64,000 bases of DNA from the NCBI GenBank assembly GCA_002633005.1, contig NMRA01000032.1:1034911-1098910 (forward strand), given 5' to 3'. Positions 1 to 13,300 of this stretch are shown one piece after another. Origin of the DNA: Phoronis australis. Taxonomy: Eukaryota; Animalia; Phoronida. Positions within the stretch are counted from its first letter, which is position 1, and each line of letters begins with the position of its first letter. The notes under the pieces were generated by a model. The model saw only the letters and a program-made list of their open reading frames with translations, was not told where the DNA came from and searched no databases. A program made the position numbers and the translations under genes.

Positions 1-720
1 TTTATTCTGTATACGAGTATGTATCAATTATAAATTTATTTACAATCCCAGTGCTGTCATTCCACACTTGACAAGAATTTGAAATTCTAGAGGGGTTAGA
101 GCAACAGAATATTCCGTATTTTGAATTCCTATAAGTGAATACAGTCCGCCATGCGCTTACCTGGCTTAACCTGCTGTTCTTTTGATGACAGGCTTTCAGA
201 GAAAATAATTGCCTCTCGCACAATTCTTCTTGGTGTTGAAAAAATAAATACATTCTTGTATAAAAATAATACTGTAACCAGGCAATCTGGGTTGGCTGCA
301 GTCCCGTAATCGTCCGTAGCGTCATTTCACCAATATGGATGGTACAAGAAGACAGAGTTTTGGGGATGTGATAGGTAGGGAACTTGTAGGTCTTCACTAC
401 CTTGGATTGTTTTGAAGAGCACTGTTGTGTGCAATATGTAGCTGCTGGGTTTGAAGTATTATACACCTTTTTGTGCTAATTTGCATACGCTAGCGAGGAT
501 GCATGAGGATTCCCTGAGCGGCATCTTTTTAGGAGTACTCTCTTCTGGAGTGTCAGGGTTCTACACGGACAAGAATTAAAAGTGCAAATAGTGTATGTCG
601 TGTTGTGGTGCAACTACACTTTATTTTTTCTTACTGGGTATCATTTTTACTGCTATTTCACAGTAAAAGGTACCACTTTGGAATACACTATCAATAATTT
701 GACTGAAATCTGAAAAAATC

Positions 721-862
721 AAGCTTTTCAAGCATGACTCACTATTTCAAGCATGGCTCAATATTTCAAACATGGCTCAGAGCTTTTCAACAATGGTTTG
801 GAGCTTTTCAAACATGGTTCAAAATTTAAAACATGGTGCAATAAATTTCAAACGTGGTCTAG
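721..862. repeat. Degenerate ~19-21 bp minisatellite, ~7 units
   Basis: Recurring TTTCAARCATGGYTC core. Confidence 0.75.
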
Positions 863-3800
863 TACCATATTTTAATACCTGTTGGGAGAACTCTGAGTGT
901 GGATCTCTCAGGTGGTACATGTTATTTCAAATGACTCGTGACACTTACGGAAATAATTGCAAAATGAGTGCTTCTAATCTTGGCAACTTGCTCCAAAAAG
1001 TCCGAGCTCAGTGAGTTCTGTTTGCAAAAAAGTTCGGCATAGTAGAATGTAGTGTTTGAAGTATGCATAATGTGTCTTATCAGAAATTATTCTTCCATGA
1101 CAAGCTTGTGTAAACACAAGACAAGTGTTCTAATTAATCCTGGCTGACATCTGTACACAGGTTAATTGTATAGTTTTGATTGCAGGAATAACAGTGTTGA
1201 GGAGATCAGTCCCTATTACTGGCTAGACTTGTGATAGCGATTATGAACTTAGAAACAAATTTAGTGACGGTAAACAAAATATAAAAGTGACCTGAGACAA
1301 CTTTAAAATTGACCAATCCCGTCTCCTGAAATTTGAAACTACTCGAAGCATGCTCGATTAGCGTTCAGTAATTCTGTGCTGCCGTCTGATGTTTTGTGCT
1401 TTTATTTATTTTCTATTGATTTATTCAAATTTTGAAACAAATTCGGGGTAGCTTGCCTTAAGATAAGACAGTATGCAGTGCAAATTGAACAAATTTTTTT
1501 ACAACCTTCATTTTATTACTGAGAAAGAAAGTAACGCTGAGGAGGTTGAGTCTCACTAGGTGGCAGTTGTGAAACAAAATAGTCTTGCCTAGGGTTGGGT
1601 ACTGTTTGACGGTGACAGTACTAAACACTGAAATAAAAAGGCAGTATAGTGTCGCAACGAAAAGTACTCAGTGCCAAACTCAATACCTTGAAAATTGAAT
1701 GTGTGATTGATTTGATATTTTCCTGGTTTATTTCTATTTCATTCAACTATGAGGTGAAACAAGCTCAGTGTGAAATTGGACTCTTAGTTTTCAAATATTC
1801 AGTAAACCAACTGTGAATGTGTTGCCTACTATCTAAAAAGTGTGTATCCTAATTTCCCAGCGGCACACCCCATCATAAATGTGCAGTTGATTCCCCAAGG
1901 GGTTAGAGGACCAAACATATCCCAAGTTTACTTTATTTGTAATTGTTATCTATATCAAAAGAATATCTGTATCAGTATCAGACCAATTTCCATTGTACCC
2001 AACCCTTATCCTGCCTGTAAAAATGCATTCACTTAGAAATAACTAAATAGATAAACTCTGTTTGCCTTGTCCCCCTTGCAATATCCTAGATCAGCCAGTG
2101 ACCTGTCTATGTTCGAATTTGGGCCCTGTGTGTTGTACCTGTCTTGCAACATGTTTGTACTAACAAGGTTGAATAGTGCTGGTGACCTTAGTCTGATTGG
2201 ATATCCAGACTGCCAATGGAATGCTGCTGGTTCTGTCTTGAAACTGTGTTTGTGGTTATTTCTTGCAAGGTATTAAAAAACAACTGGTGTTGTTGTAAGT
2301 CAAAGCTGTCAGAGTATTACCCACCCAGATGTCACGTGACGAGTACGCTTACATTCTTGTTGGCTGAAAACGGTCAAGAGTAAAATCTGTAGAAAATTAC
2401 ATTTCATTTTTTTCCTGTGTTGAATCGGTGGAAAAACTTACTGGATAATTGGATACTGACAGAAATAAGGCCAACAGTAAGCAGACACCAGATTGTTTTG
2501 TGAAGAGGTTTTGACTGGGTTAAAGCAATCTTTGGAAGTTGTTTTTTCTCAGTGCTGCCAATGTTTGCATATTGAGTTCACGGGCTTTGCTTTCTAGCAT
2601 TGTAGAACCAGTGTTTTTTAATTACTCCTCTCATGTTCATCGTCTTGTAAGAATTGAACTTGAAAGTTTTAATCTCTTATAAACCTTTCACAACTGAAGC
2701 TCTCCTTTCAAAGATATTGTGCGTGCTGTGAACTGTTTCAAGCATGTCTCCGTCCTCGGGACACATGCTCTCTATATACTGTTGAGTCGCACAAAATATG
2801 TAGGATTCAATATGAATTACAAGTTATTTTTTTTCTAATTTCGTTCACGAGAATAATTCAGCTCTAAATTAATTGTTCACCTTTATATTGAAAATTGTTA
2901 GCATTTCAATGTTGTGAGAGTTCCTTGAAAAACCAAAAGCAGGCAGATGTGGTATAACAAAATCGATTACATTTCACTCAATGTTTTAAAGTATGCTTTC
3001 AATTCACTACAGATCTTATTGAGTGTATCATCATTCATCGTTCTGTAACTAATACTACCAGGTAGTTAGTCCGTAGCGAAAACACTGAACTCTTTTATTG
3101 GCTAAAATGCTAGCAAAAACACCAGTGCGTTGGTTGCGGCAATGGGTCTTTTTTCCTTGCAGTTAGTTTCTGCTCTATTTGAGTGGCTTTTAAACGAAAT
3201 GAGTTATCAAAACAGGTTTATTCTCTATCATAAATTGATTAATGCAAGGATAAACAAAAGCCTCTTACCACTTCACACGTGTGTCTTTGAAGTAAGCTGT
3301 CTGGGTACAAAAGTGCTAGCAAAATGTCAGCAGTTACCAGTTAACTCAAACTGCCAGTAAGAGGCTTGTAAATGTGACTGTTCACGTAACTGGCACTTTC
3401 TGCTTCTGCCGTACCAAGAATGGTAGCCAGCATTTTAGCCAGTTAGCGACCAACATATATAACAGACTTTGGAACAGCTTCTTCTGCAGTGGTGTCAGGT
3501 GTAACCATTTTTTTCAAAATTTATTGAAAATATACTACTGGCAACAGGTGTGAATTTTGATCCGATCTCTCCCCTCAAAACTTTGACGTTTTTCACAAAT
3601 TACAGTTGGCAATCTGATGATGTTGTGACATGCATCACCCACTTAAAAAGTGATTGAATGATTAAATACGGTACTGGTTTTTGAAAATTGCTAGTGTGTG
3701 TTTTCAATTTGGGGAGCGTGCTTTTCATATTCCTTTTGTGGTAAATTGTTGAAAAGAAAATGAATGTGATGGCATAATACTTTTGTTGTACTTAGGTATC

Positions 3801-4296
3801 TTTGACATTCTGTCATAAAATAATGTTTCACCTAAATATATTGCTTCTTGCTATACATGAGGTTTATTTTGAGTATTTTATGGAACTGAACGTTAAAATA
3901 GTTCAAAGTGCTTTTTGGTGATTGTCATATGTAGTATTTTTTATTATGCGCTTTGGTGTTGGAGGCAAATTTGTTGTGTGGCTTCTCAGTTGATGCAGAA
4001 CAAGTTAACTCTGTCGGGAGGACCTTCTTCTGGGATTATTGTATATGGAAACAAAGCTACACTGTATGGAAGGTCAGAGGTAGATTTGTCTACTGTCCTA
4101 GGTGATTGTGGATGTTAAAGAATAGTTGTTAATGTTTAGAGAAAAAATAATGCTTGTAACCAACCTCTGACCTTTCTTACATGTAACTTCTGATCTTTCT
4201 TACATGTAGGAAAGGTCAGAGGTTGAGTGTCACCTCTGCTATGTGATTGCAGGTGTTGAATTATAGTTATTAATGTTTGTAATGTTTTTGTTTCAG

Positions 4297-4358
4297 ATGA
4301 GCAAGAGAGGGTACAAAAGAAAACTTTTACTAATTGGATTAACTCTTATCTCAGTCAG
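4297..4358 (+). CDS. SYNE1: Nesprin exon (CH1 helix A)
   Basis: ttcag|..|gtatag; (D)EQERVQKKTFTNWINSYLSQ; phase 1 start. Confidence 0.93.
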
Positions 4359-7300
4359 GTATAGTAACATTGCTTTTCTGTCATAATAAGACTGTCCCCG
4401 ATTTCACAGCGATGGATCTCTCCTTTGTCCTGGAGGTGAGAAAGCGCGTTGTCTTCATTGGCCTCGTTTTGGTGTGTCAGGCATGTTTTCACAGGCCATG
4501 TCGAAAACCATTGAGGTTTTTCGGCTGTGGAAATACTCCTGATTTCAACCGTTGAAAAATACCACAGTTGATAAGCTGTCTTCAAAAAGGGGGCTTTGTC
4601 CTCTCGGGTCCATTTTTTCTTGTCTTTGATTGATGTCAAGAACACGAATAACTTAATGTCACTCATCCACGGTTATTTGTCAAGTTTTTCCAACTTTCTC
4701 CTGTCGGAGTTGCAACCCACATCACAACAGTAATATGTCGTTGGCATTGAAAAGACGACTAGAGTTATGCAGCTGAGAAAAACTTATAAATAAAGAATAC
4801 CTGAACAACAAAGAACATAATATTATGGAGCTCCAGCGACGCGAAAACAAGGCTAAAAAGTGTTTGATAGATATTGTGGCATTATGGGTAACTAGAGCGA
4901 GATTCGAGTGTTGCAGTGTAATCTGGGATTGCCCTATTGCTAGATTTTTTATAGTTCTGTGTGGTTGTTATTTGTCATTAATTGCGAAGTGTTCGATGAC
5001 AAATGTTCTGGTGAACCGCGTGTCTCGCGTGTGGAGTTTCCTTTGATAGCGTAAGTCCTCATTCCTGTAATCAGTGCCCACATTCTGGTCAAACATGTTG
5101 GATTCTGACTATCTAGTAGGCAAACATTGTTGCCTCCTTCAGCACTTTGATAAGATAGTGACTACTGCAATCAGATTGTTGTGTGGATAGAGTATTGAGA
5201 GATCTTGTGGCAGTGCCATCCCCATCACATCAGGTTGTGTAGTTATATCTCTGATGTGTAAAAACACTATTGAGACACTGGTTTCAGTTCTGACTGCTTT
5301 TCAAAACCACCCACCTAATCTAATATTACAACTCGCACTTATTTTATCCAAAAATAATTGCCAAAGTTGCCATATTTACAGTTTTCTAAGGCTGATTTCC
5401 TTGCTGCTGCAAATGATGGAAACTCCAAATGCCTAGAAAGCAAACTAATGAAAGGACTGCACTTTCTCTTTTTCACCAATTTAGCATATTATGTGGTGGA
5501 CAAATGTGAAATTATATTTTTGTCAAAATTCCCTGCAAAATTAAAGATTAAGAAAATAGTAGTCTATTAGAAGCTTGGTTTATACAGTGTAGTTATTATT
5601 AGACAAATTTTAGTTTAGCAGCTAGGTAATCAGTCTTAAAGTTTAGAAAAATGACAGTTTGGATAATTATTTTTGTGGGTAAGAGCTGAACAATTACTAT
5701 AACTGTTTTGCCATTTGGCTGTTTACCAAAATAAATTACAATGTGTCAGTTGTCAAGCATTATAAAACCAACGCAAAATAACTGAAATGCTTAGAATTTG
5801 GATTTGACCTGTCTCTGACAGGACTGAGCTGAAGAACTAAACAAGGAATGTCTAAAGGAGGAAATTTTTGTCGTGGCCTGGCAACTGCTAGTCTATCAAA
5901 AAACAGACCAATGTCGTTTTATTATATTCGTTTCACAAATGGTGGGAGTTAGGAAAACTATGGTTTAACTCGGATGGTATTGTACTTGTGCAAAGCAGTT
6001 TGCAGTTGCAATCACATGTGTTGCATTTACAGCGATCGCCTCCTCAGAAAGTAGAAGATCTGTTCGAGGACATCAAAGATGGAATCAAACTCCTCCAGTT
6101 ACTGGAGGTGTTATCAGGGGAGCGGCTGGTAAGAGGCCTTGGTCATGATGTGGTCACAATGTGTAGTTGTCCTGATCCTAAGTGGCGGTCGTAATATTAT
6201 AGCATGAACACTCACCATATCTGTTTAAGTTAACACACACTGGGTAAGCCAGTGGAAGAAGTTCAAATGTCAAAGGTTGGAGGTCAGCAGGTTGTGAGCA
6301 TTCAATAGTGGAGTTATGGAAATTCTTTGGTTGGCACTTAACTGATTGTATGCGTTAACTCTAATAGTTATAGTATGTAGCTACTTAACGTTCACATTAG
6401 AAAATCATCTAGTTCAGTTACCGTAGTTTTCAGTTTTCAAAAACATAGAAATCTGTTACAGCAAACATAAATTTGTTTGTTTCGGTTTTGTAAATTATCA
6501 AATTTCGTTTTACGACCCCCAAATGATAAGTAAGCAAACATAAATTTGTTTGTTTTGGTTTTCTAAATTATCAAATTTCGTTTTACGACCCCAAAATGAT
6601 AAGTAAGCAAACATAAATTTGTCTGTTTTGGTTTTGTAAATTATCAAATTTCGTTTTACGATCTCCAAATGATAAGTAATATAAAAATGGTCTGCTTTAC
6701 TTCTTGTGAATTATGCTGCAGCTCTCTTTTTCCAATACCTTGATGCACGTCATGTGCGGTGTTTCTTAAAACCGGAAAATGTTAGTGTGCCATGAGTAGC
6801 AAGGTCTTCTGGTGAAGTAGTAGTCGCTTTTGTCATTCTCCCACGTTATTTGAATTTCTCACCAGATATTTCACTTGTCCACCATGCTCTCAAGCTTCAC
6901 AACTTACTGTCTAGTTTGTGCCAAACCTGGCAATTTACTCTCTTGTATTTTTTATACTTTGGTCCAATGGCCATATGCATATATATTCCAATATGTAAAC
7001 ATATGTGTCATAAAAAACAAAATAGATTTTGCGCCACCTTCAGAATGATTAAACAATGACTTGAACATGTCTGCTTCGAAATGATGGTTGATCGATTTGT
7101 GGCCAGTGTATGTCAAATTCAACGGATTGTTTGCTTAATTTTGGTAATTTAAACCCAAAAATATTAGAGTTATGGTATCGTCTACTGAAATATGGAAATT
7201 GTGTTGAAATCTGATTTTACTCTGTTTACTTTGCAGCCAATGGAAAAAGGAAGGAATATCAAACGTCTACACTTTATTAGCAATGTCTCAACAGCTCTCA

Positions 7301-10300
7301 AACTACTCGAAAGTAAAAAGGTAATAATTATATGTCTTTGCCTGGTTGATGAGGTGTCTTTTAACAGAGATTTGGTAAATGCACTGGTGAGATTTTTCGT
7401 TGCTCGTGCTTTTCTTTGAAAGTAAACTTTAAGAATTGCCTTGCTTTGACTTAGTGTTTATTGGTTGTTCCGCAGATCAAACTGGTCAACATCAATGCCT
7501 CTGATGTGGTGGATGGTAAGCCATCCATTGTCCTGGGCCTCATGTGGACGGTCATCTTGTACTTCCAGGTAGGTCATCCATTCCCTGTCGCTCTACTGAG
7601 TCAGTGTTAAAATTCATTACGAGGCATACTTTCTGGACACTAGAAACATGCATTTTCAAACCAAAATAAAGCAATTTTTGGCAGTTAAACACTTGTTATC
7701 AACATATCAGCAATGCTTCATGATGTAAAATGCAAAAAGTCCTGATGACGACTCGCCTCTTAATGGTGTTTTTGTACCTCCTTAGATTGAAGAGCAGACC
7801 CAGTTGCTTGCACAGCTAGGTGAGGCTGATGCCGGGGCAGCAGGCGTGTCACCCAGGAGAAGGTCGCTAGCCCTGGACAAATTTAAGGGAGGTGCTAAAA
7901 AGGCCCTGCTTCAATGGACGCAGAACACAGTGGCAAAGTATGTAACTGGTGGCATGTTGCATGGCGCATGGCAACTTACATGTCTGTAGCTATCCATCCA
8001 GTATGATATTGTGTTGCAGCTGATCATGAGATTGTGGCTGGTGTCTTAGATTTAAAAGCGTTGGCTGTATAAAATTAATTTAAAAATGCTGCTGAAATTC
8101 CCCTCTTAGATTAATTCATAAATTGTTTGACGTGTGATATTTTCTACTTGCATGTTGGATTTGTTTGCTTAAGTTTTGCTTTCGATTAGCATCGATTGCT
8201 TGGATTTCTCCTGAAAGCATGTATTTTTTAAATGTTTATATGGGTAGTTAATTAGTTTGGGTGAACTGGCTGTTTTGTTTGCACTGTTAAGAGTGAATTC
8301 TAATTGTTTTAAGTCTAATGTTTTGTTGCTCACTGCTAGTTGGTGAGAAGTGAACTACTGCATGTGTGTTTCAAGTGTGCGTGATTTCACTGCTCATTTT
8401 GTTATGATGAGCTTCAAAGCACAAGTTTGTCGATCATGATGTTTTGTTGTTTGACTAATATCCATAGGAGTGCACGGATAGCTGACGACACCAGTACACA
8501 CAGTGTTGCTAACAAGTGGTAATTCATGCCGTAGACACTCGCTAGAGTTTAGCTTAACCAAGCTTCCATAAAACGTGTTTGCCTGCCTTAAAGTCTTTGC
8601 TTACAGTTGTTGACTAATATAAATTGATGATCAAACAGTGCTTTTCTGTTATCTCCCTACCCTCCACTATCAGTGCAGTGTACAAGGGTAGGGAAACTAT
8701 CCCGTGTCTAAACCTATGAACTATGTGTGGTTAAACCTCTCTGAGCTTTACGACGAGCTGTCATGGCTTGAGCATACCACGGAATATTCTAGGCTCCACC
8801 AAAAATTGAAGTTATGGCGTGGCCCACCTTGAGTAAGCTTTCACGCCATGGAAATAGAAATTTTCAATATTTGAGCTGTTTGATGGCATCAGGCCCAGAT
8901 ACTGCACCTAAGTGTCCTGCGATGCACAGATGTGTGGCCAGAGCAGTAATGAATCTGACCAATGGATTGTATTTCCACCCTGACATGCTCACGCTAATCC
9001 ACTGGTTCTGTAACAGGAACAAAATGTCCCCACAAAATGGCTACATTGAAATAGCACCACATACCTGATGACCCTTTATGCACACCATAACCACCACCGG
9101 CTGCACCTTCTTGTACACGTAATCTTAAACACCATGCATTGTTTCACTGTATTTAACATTTCTACTACTTTGTTTGCTTAAAATCTGCATTGTAATTTCA
9201 GTGTAAAAACATGTTGTAAACAATTGTGAGTTGTGTGTTCTATAATGTTCTAATATTTCATGGAGTCATATAGTTCAAGGGATTTAAGAAGTAATTTTAG
9301 GGTGTTTAATCACTAACATCTAATTATTAATTTCAAAAGTATTGCAAGTAAAGTATCATAAAGCAATTATTAATATTCTATTATTTAATTATTTTTAAGG
9401 AGCTGAAGTGTTCACTTGTACGCTTTGCAATCATTTTTGGAGCTTTCTGCACAAGTAGTCTTTTTTCATTGTAAACCATTCAAAATTTCTACCATGCGTC
9501 TGCGTCATTCCTGACATTTTTGCTCAATGTGTTTCAGAAACAGTAAATAAATGTTGAGAAATTAAATGTAAGGAAAATCTCGTGGACAAAAATAATATGA
9601 TTTAGTTTACCGATGACATTAATTGTAGAGAACGCAATTTTATTTCTGTATTGCGAAGAATTTGTCACTGTGATGTGTTGTAATAGTCTGTTATAACGTG
9701 CCCGAATTTTGACAACCAGTTTTCTTCACTGAATAAGGGGCATCAAACCTGTTGTCAAAATACAGCCATGTTATATCAGGGTATTGCCTGATGTGGTGTA
9801 GATTTAGGATAATAATTACGTAGATTATTAGGAAGATTTTTTTTCAGTCATGGACATCTTAATGATCTTGGCTTATCTCGGTAGTATATGTGTGTCATTC
9901 ACGATCAGCATTCTTCTTGTAATTGTGAATTAATTAATTATCTATTATTTTATATTTTTTCAGGAAATTTGGCATTGATGTCAGTAACTTTGGCAGCTGT
10001 TGGCGTGACGGTGTCGCCTTCAGCGCCATGATTCACGCCATAAGACCCGAGTTAGTCGACATGGACTGGGTGCAGAAACAGAGGGAGAATAAAATACGAC
10101 TGGAGAGGGCCTTCTCATTGGCTGACGAATCTCTCGGCATTCCTCGTTTGTTGGATCCTGAAGGTTTGTAGAGCTCCAATTTTTGACGTGGGATTTTTTA
10201 ATCTACATGAGCTAAGTAACAATTTAAGAGTCCATTACTTCCTGGAAGTTTTTAGAGCCAGATTATTCAATCATTTGACCGTCATTTGGGTTTTGTTTTG

Positions 10301-13300
10301 TGTTTTTTCAATCTATATGGCAAAACACGTCACTGTTAGTTGCATCCTTTTCTATTCGTTTTCTTTGAGTGAAAGAAAAAGTCTGTAGGCAATTCTGGAC
10401 AGTCTCTTGATTAGTGATAAAAATAGATTATTATTTAGTTGACCTGTGCAAAACATTGTGAAAAGAGCTGTCTGCTTGACTGTACGTGTTGCAGAAGAGT
10501 TTACTCGATTCTTATATTAAGAATTCATGCTAGACATGTAGCCTTTTGTCCTACAATTAAGTGTATTTGTGCACAGTACTCCTTGGAATTGTTTTTCTTC
10601 TAGATATATTAACTATGTTATGATCTGTTCAGTGAGATCTTTTTGGCTGTGAGACACGGTTCGGTTTATTATGCTTCGTAAGACATGCAGATTGTTTTGT
10701 TGCAAAGCTATCATGTGTTCACGTTTTTACGCTGTATTGCAGACGTGGATGTTGACAAGCCCGATGAGAAATCAATAATGACGTACATTGCTCAGTTCCT
10801 CAAGTCATATCCTGAGGCTGGTGAAGAAAACTACACACCTCCCCCACCTCAACCGAAGGTAATACGGGCACTCGGTATTCACCAACTAGTATTATTGAAG
10901 AAAAGTCTCTCTTTTTACCTTCTGGATAGATTGGGAACAAAAAGCAGTTCATCAGCTTCGGGGCATCTCTGGGATAAGGGTTCCACTTGATTTTTTCATT
11001 GCATACATTTATGTGGGTAGGTGCCTTGCTATACTAGCGCCACATAATGCATTTTAGGTTTCTCATTAGCACTGAGCATGGTGGATATTTCATGTGTGTG
11101 AGGTTCTTTTTTAAAGCCGATGTTGTTGAGTATAGGAGGATTGTTTTACTGAACCAATTTCAGGTCAATGCTCTCATAATCTCAAATCAATTCTGATTTG
11201 GTTCCAGGATGTGGTTGGCTAATTAGGTCCCCATTCCTGTAGGATTATAGTAGTGTATGTTCAACTACAGCTAAATACGGTCCTTCTTACCAAGAACATG
11301 AACACGTATTGGAAGAAGTGTAAATAATCAATATGTTTCTTAGTAGCAGGCGCACATTTTCTGTGATGGCCAACTGATTGTCGAAAAACTGATTTGCTGT
11401 GAATTCAAGTGTTGCTAATGTAAACTGCAGTTTTAAAGTCTGTTATGTTTAACCAAATCTCTATGCACCCCATATTCTACCAACTGGCTAGCAAAGTCTG
11501 AACTTAGCAATAAAAATTTGTAAAAAGTGTCTTGTTGCTTGAATTACATTTCACCCTTTGTTATTCATGGTTTGTGACTAATCATTTCTTCAGAAGGCAG
11601 CTCTCACAAGTCTCCCGTCCAGTCAAGATGTCAGTTACGACCTTCTCACTCAGTGGCTGGATCAAGCAGATACAGTATTGGCCGAAGCAGGGAAGACGCC
11701 TGTGACAGATCTACAACAAGAGTACCAAGTAAGTTATGAAGGATTTTTTCTCAATTTAGTAAATATGCATGAGAAATGATATCTTTAAAAGCACCGTTGA
11801 TGTTTAATGCGGATGGAGTAGAAGTCGTCTGTGTAATGAATTATGGGAAATGTTTCTTCAGAACTGCTAACAGCTTCGTACAACTCGTCTTTATTAGCTA
11901 GCTCTAGTTTGCTATAACTAGCTAATGGTAATCTAAATCAGAGGCGAAGAGTCGTATATTGGTTCACAGCTTTTGACTAAAATATCTATCTTTAAATAGT
12001 TGAGTGTTTTTTCAGCCATGTCTTAACTGCGATTTACCTGTGTGTATATGTTTAGGAAAATCACTGTTGTTTTACTCGTCACTTAAACTAAAAGAATACA
12101 ACCTGCTTTATTTAATTAATTTTTAGAAATTTGCTACATTCCGAAATGATCTGAACACAGCTGGCAAAGCCTACAGCAAAATCTTGGATAGTAAAAACCC
12201 TGAGCTGACGCAACAGAAACTTAAAGATCTCAAACAAAAGTGGAACCAGATACAGGACAAGTACGCCACCTGGCGACGGAATCTAGACAGCAGCCTGCCT
12301 GGGAGACTGGGCCAGGTTGGTGACTGGCTGAATCAGGCGGAGCAGTACTTAGAAAGCTATGAGGGGGTTGAACCGAACAACGGGAAGGCTGATGAGGCAG
12401 CAAAGGCCATGAAAAATAAACTTGATGAACACGCAGTAAGTTTCTCTTCTCCACAGTTGCCGTCATTGCAATTTTTACTTTCATTTCATTATTACACCAA
12501 TGCTTTCTATGTTTGGTTCTTTGGCAGTCGAAAATTGTAGTTGATACAATGCGTGAGCTTATAATGAAATTTAAGAAAGTGTGAGTTCGTATATGAGAAT
12601 TTTAAAGCCTGTATTTTTATTGGCTTTCTTGCTCAACTGTGTAAGATTTTTGGTCGGAGCAATAGTGAGACAGCATTTTCGTTACCCAGCATATTACTTG
12701 TAGTCAATGTGTCCCAGTTATTGCATGACATTAGTCCATACTACAGAACCATCATCTTTCAACATCCGTTGTGTAGGCTTTCTTCAAAGACATGGAAGCG
12801 ATGCGGCAAGCCGTCCTTCAGGCCAAGAGGTCTGGCGTGGCCGACGGTAAATTTCTACCTCCCGACCACCTGCAAGAGATGGTTGAACGGTTTAAGGGTG
12901 TGGCAGACCAGTGCAAGTACAAACAGAAACAGCTACAGTATGAAGAGCTGAAGAACAGACTACTAGCCTTTCTAGTCGTGACTGAGGCAAAGTTGAAACA
13001 GTGGACCATTAAGTATAATGATGAGAGCTCAACGCAGGTGTTGCTCAATGATTACATGGTATGTATGGTGTGTTATAGTGTTGTGTGATTCGTAGATTGA
13101 CTGACGTGCTGTGTTTTGTTAGTGGTTGCCTAGTGTAAAAGAGTATTAGATTTATGGCAGTGTTGGAAATCTGAAGATATTAGATAATGGTTTCCCATGA
13201 GGCTCATAACTGAATATTGAGTTTCGTATTTATCTTTATTAATTATAGTCATGAACTTGGGTTAAAGCCTTGTTTATCTGATTGATTATGAGATTGTCGT

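Noticed and set aside
2-466. 154-aa minus-strand ORF running off the window start
   Set aside because: No recognisable domain in the frames I read; it could be a transposon remnant but cannot be supported without a search
1243-1269. ATG..ACG|GTAAAC as the possible first coding exon
   Set aside because: Ends in phase 0 whereas exon 4297 needs phase 1; the true start exon is probably upstream of the window
3098-3443. ~14-bp inverted repeats (tggctaaaatgct / agcattttagcca) flanking ~345 bp
   Set aside because: Too short and single-copy in the window to call a MITE
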